Positions 62,001 to 64,000 of a stretch of DNA of 64,000 nt are shown here, piece by piece. The stretch's first letter is position 1, and every line of letters begins with the position of its first letter. The stretch spans positions 1,736,001 to 1,800,000 of the forward strand of contig NC_092672.1 in NCBI RefSeq assembly GCF_964355755.1, written 5' to 3'. This DNA comes from Antedon mediterranea (lineage: Eukaryota > Animalia > Echinodermata). Below the pieces are notes generated by a model. It saw only the letters and a program-made list of their open reading frames with translations, was not told the DNA's origin and did not search any database. Made by a program: the position numbers and the translations under genes.

Positions 62001-63581
62001 TTCCTCTCTTAGTTTTTCTTTTCTAGCATGATCTCTAGTGGCAACAAAACTATGCCTATCATGATTCTTATCCCTCTTCCCTAATAAGTCTCCAAATTTA
62101 GGAAAGTCCCTACCAAGAATTACATCTCTTGGTAAATCGCTGCAAACGCCAACCAACAAATTATGGTCTTCGTTATTAATCTTAATATTGACGAATGCAG
62201 TAGGATAGGCTTGGACATGGTCATGGACGCACCTGCATGTAATTTTAGCTTGCTCCGCGCGATTAATTTTCTTAGCCGCTACTAAATCAGAATGAACAAG
62301 TGTCATATCACATCCAGAGTCTATCAAAATTTCACAATCACATCCTTCAACTAGGCCTCTACAAATATAAGGTGTACATGGTTTTGAAACAGTATCTGTC
62401 TTTGTCGACAAAAAGCCATCCTTACTTCGACAAAATCGTTCTATGTGGCCTACTTTTTTGCACCGTCTACAAACGAGAGGTTGTCTAGCGTCAGATTGTG
62501 ATTTATGAAAGTTATCAGGGGGATTATTATTACCCTTACTGTCAACTTCAGGAGTGCCTTTCACTGTTTTCTCCTGGTTGTTTCTATTTTCGTGTTTTCT
62601 ATTTTGAAACTTTTTCTCAAAATCGATACCTTTTCTAGCTTGAAAATAATTATCTGCTAATTCTGCAGCATTTAATCCGGAATCTGGTTTATGTTCTTTA
62701 ACCCAAATTTGTACCCCTGTGGGCATAATATCTATTAATTGCTCTAAAATAACAATTTCAGCTAAATCATCTTTGCTTTTATCAGCAGGCCTAGCCCACT
62801 TAGTAAATAAATCTTTTAACCTAACATACATTTCTCTATAACTTTCTTCACTTTTCTTTTTAATTGACCTAAACCTTTGCCTATATGTCTCTTCAGTTAT
62901 GTCATACCTTTGTAATATTGCTTTCTTCACTATGTCGTACTGGTTACTTTCTGTCACTGGTAGTGATGCATAGGCTGCTCTTGCTTTGCCTGTCAAATGA
63001 GGTATTAGTTTTACTACCCAGTGTTCTTTTCGCCACTCATAGGTGTTAGCAATTCGTTCAAACGTAGTGAGATAATTTTCAATATCATCACTATCAGAAA
63101 GTTTTGCAATCTGAACTTCTTTCAATCTCATCATGTCTTTTAATCGTTTCTCCTCACTGTCCTTTTGCTTATCCATTAACGCCATTACTAACGCTTGCTG
63201 TTTCTCCATATCTTCCCTACGTAAACGTTCTTGTCTTTCCATATCTTCTTTGCGTAAACGTTCTTGTTTTTCCATATCTTCTTTGCGTAAACGTTCTTGT
63301 TGTTCCATCATCTGCTGCATCATAAGATTCTGTTGTTGCATTTGCTGCTGCATTTGCTGCTGCATTTGCTGCTGCATTTGCTGCTGCATTTGCTGCTGCA
63401 TCAACAACAAAACATCTTTTGAAGATGAGTCAGCCCCTGTAGGGTTATGTCCACTGGTTGGTCCAGACTCTTCTGCCTGTTGTTCAGGTTGTATTGACTG
63501 AACCGATTCTACCTCAGAATCAGATTCATCGCCGCCGCTGTATTCTCTACCGGATCTTGTTGTTGATTGTTTATCAGCCAT
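59028..63581 (-). CDS. Gag-Pol polyprotein, 1517 aa: Q-rich coiled coil, SCAN-like capsid, CCHC knuckle, aspartic protease, integrase, RT, RNase H
   Basis: CRRCKKVGHIERFC; LIDSGC; HDIPLAGHLG...CENC with DIVGP / TDQGSNF / GLVERFN and GPY; LDLCKGYWQ, PFGL, YMDD; LQTDASDRGLGAVL, EKECLA, TDHQPL, NADGLSR. Confidence 0.97.
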   Translation of the reverse strand: MADKQSTTRSGREYSGGDESDSEVESVQSIQPEQQAEESGPTSGHNPTGADSSSKDVLLLMQQQMQQQMQQQMQQQMQQQMQQQNLMMQQMMEQQERLRKEDMEKQERLRKEDMERQERLRREDMEKQQALVMALMDKQKDSEEKRLKDMMRLKEVQIAKLSDSDDIENYLTTFERIANTYEWRKEHWVVKLIPHLTGKARAAYASLPVTESNQYDIVKKAILQRYDITEETYRQRFRSIKKKSEESYREMYVRLKDLFTKWARPADKSKDDLAEIVILEQLIDIMPTGVQIWVKEHKPDSGLNAAELADNYFQARKGIDFEKKFQNRKHENRNNQEKTVKGTPEVDSKGNNNPPDNFHKSQSDARQPLVCRRCKKVGHIERFCRSKDGFLSTKTDTVSKPCTPYICRGLVEGCDCEILIDSGCDMTLVHSDLVAAKKINRAEQAKITCRCVHDHVQAYPTAFVNIKINNEDHNLLVGVCSDLPRDVILGRDFPKFGDLLGKRDKNHDRHSFVATRDHARKEKLREENELKSEKASGVISHQLDDVVNFQEEFGHLDGQLLSNNPPKEKVHKTRSEKRKVRKEFAKTKEAQSSQDSELDILDIGRDKIKDYQVKDRTLISLREQMLVQKDDDTIKIVCKDGILFRQVFTKHQTEPIEQLVVPYPCRNSVLKVSHDIPLAGHLGRKKTLDRIKQRFFWPGIRKDVTEYCNTCENCQKTSKYKTKLKAPMIPMPIISEPFRRIAMDIVGPLARSKTGNKYVLVICDYATRYPEAIPLRSIEAPKIADELIKLFSRVGVPTEILTDQGSNFTSKLLSQIYKLLSIKGLTTSPYHPQTDGLVERFNGTLKAMIRKFVQDDPREWDKLLPYLLFAYREVPQESTGFSPFELLYGWKVRGPLDIMKEMWTGTVTGPQSVVSHVVKMRDRLTSMKDLVQENIELSQTRQKQKYDQKSVCREFSPGDEVLLLLPSSNDALEAKWQGPYKVLRKLGPVNYEVETNDKRKKSKVYHINLLKQFHRRTIEVILAINDVTGQDEGQDKDISWSNISSSNLTLDSGEGLDESQLSDLAEVFSEFDSVLQDKPGKTTVIKHDIGMNLGVHPVRLRAYPIPQAKLGKVKEEIESMLELGVIEESHSPWSSPYIMVPKPDGTARFCVNYKKVNSLSKFDAYPMPRIDEIIGRVGPAKFITKLDLCKGYWQVPLTERSKPYTAFSTPMGLYQFKYLPFGLHGAPATFQRMMDQLLRKKESYAAAYMDDLVIFSPDWESHIHHLRDIFQTLKQANLTVKPAKCSFAHSKVHYLGYVVGEGMIRPQKTKVEAVVQWEKPKTKKDVKSFLGLTGYYRKFIPNYADIAAPLTDLTGKKHPDKIKWTPECEDALVKLKQALCSDPVLRNPDFNAEFILQTDASDRGLGAVLSQLGPDGTDHPVLYLSRKMFPREQNYATIEKECLAIKWAVESLRYYLLGRKFKIVTDHQPLKWLVEMKETNKRLTRWSLDLQPYCFTVVHRRGISNGNADGLSRKPLT

Positions 63582-63896
63582 ATTTTAAATCTGGATTAGG
63601 GTCTTGTTACTAGTTAATCGTAGTTACCGAGACGTTCACAAGTCTACTGTTCCAAATAAAATAATCTACTGTTCTTTAAACAATGTTTGTGTACTTACGA
63701 TTAAACAAAACGTAGCACCACGGCTTCCGTAAAATATCACAGTATCGTAAGTACCGCTTCCTCAAAATATCAATAAAGTACACTTGATCCTAAAACAGCC
63801 ACCAATCTATGGCAAAATACAGTAGATCAAACTGCTACCACAAAATATCACAACAGTAGATAAATACACAGTTAAGTCGAACAGTAGATCGAAATA

Positions 63897-63909
63897 ACCG
63901 CTGCCACCA
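63897..63909 (-). other. Primer binding site complementary to the tRNA-Leu 3' end
   Basis: TGGTGGCAGCGGT 5 nt inside the 5' LTR matches the ...ACCGCTGCCACCA 3' end of animal tRNA-Leu(AAG/TAG). Confidence 0.75.
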
Positions 63910-63914
63910 AATTA

Positions 63915-64000
63915 TGTCACGAACTCCTCTCACGTATGTTTCCGAGCGGTTGAAAATACTTTAGGAACTCCCTTGTGACATAAAAGTATACACACAAAAT
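63915..64000 (-). repeat. 5' LTR (partial)
   Basis: Identical to 58351-58436. Confidence 0.93.

Larger units (their letters stand above)
58351..64000 (-). mobile_element. Gmr1-like Ty3/gypsy LTR retrotransposon, apparently intact; 5' LTR cut by the window edge
   Basis: 3' LTR 58351-58798, PPT, single gag-pol ORF, PBS, and a second LTR from 63915 identical to the first over the 86 bp visible. Confidence 0.95.

Overview
AT-rich, intron-containing animal genomic DNA, probably from a marine invertebrate (the taxon cannot be fixed from sequence alone). Genes reconstructed by hand from GT-AG junctions: the 5' end of EMC1 (-), head-to-head with a complete 9-exon mitochondrial 2-oxoglutarate/malate carrier SLC25A11 (+); a 7-finger C2H2 zinc-finger gene (-); a large single-coding-exon S/T/P-repeat protein with 3 C2H2 fingers and SILK/RVxF PP1-docking motifs (-); a complete 7-exon urease accessory protein UreF gene (+), which is unusual for an animal; and SPSB/gustavus (+). 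The right end holds an apparently intact Gmr1-type Ty3/gypsy LTR retrotransposon (order PR-IN-RT-RH, SCAN-like capsid). Intergenic and intronic DNA is full of non-autonomous DNA transposons (hAT-like with 8- and 5-bp TSDs, Harbinger-like, TTAA/Kolobok-like, a 9-bp-TSD foldback), LINE 3' fragments and minisatellites. The most notable observations are the spliced animal ureF and a recurring class of ultra-short (20-47 bp) CA(G/T)GG-ended hairpin insertions with 7-8 bp target duplications, possibly P-superfamily excision footprints, one of which is retained in frame in a protein. All assignments come from reading the sequence and recalled family motifs; no database search was run.
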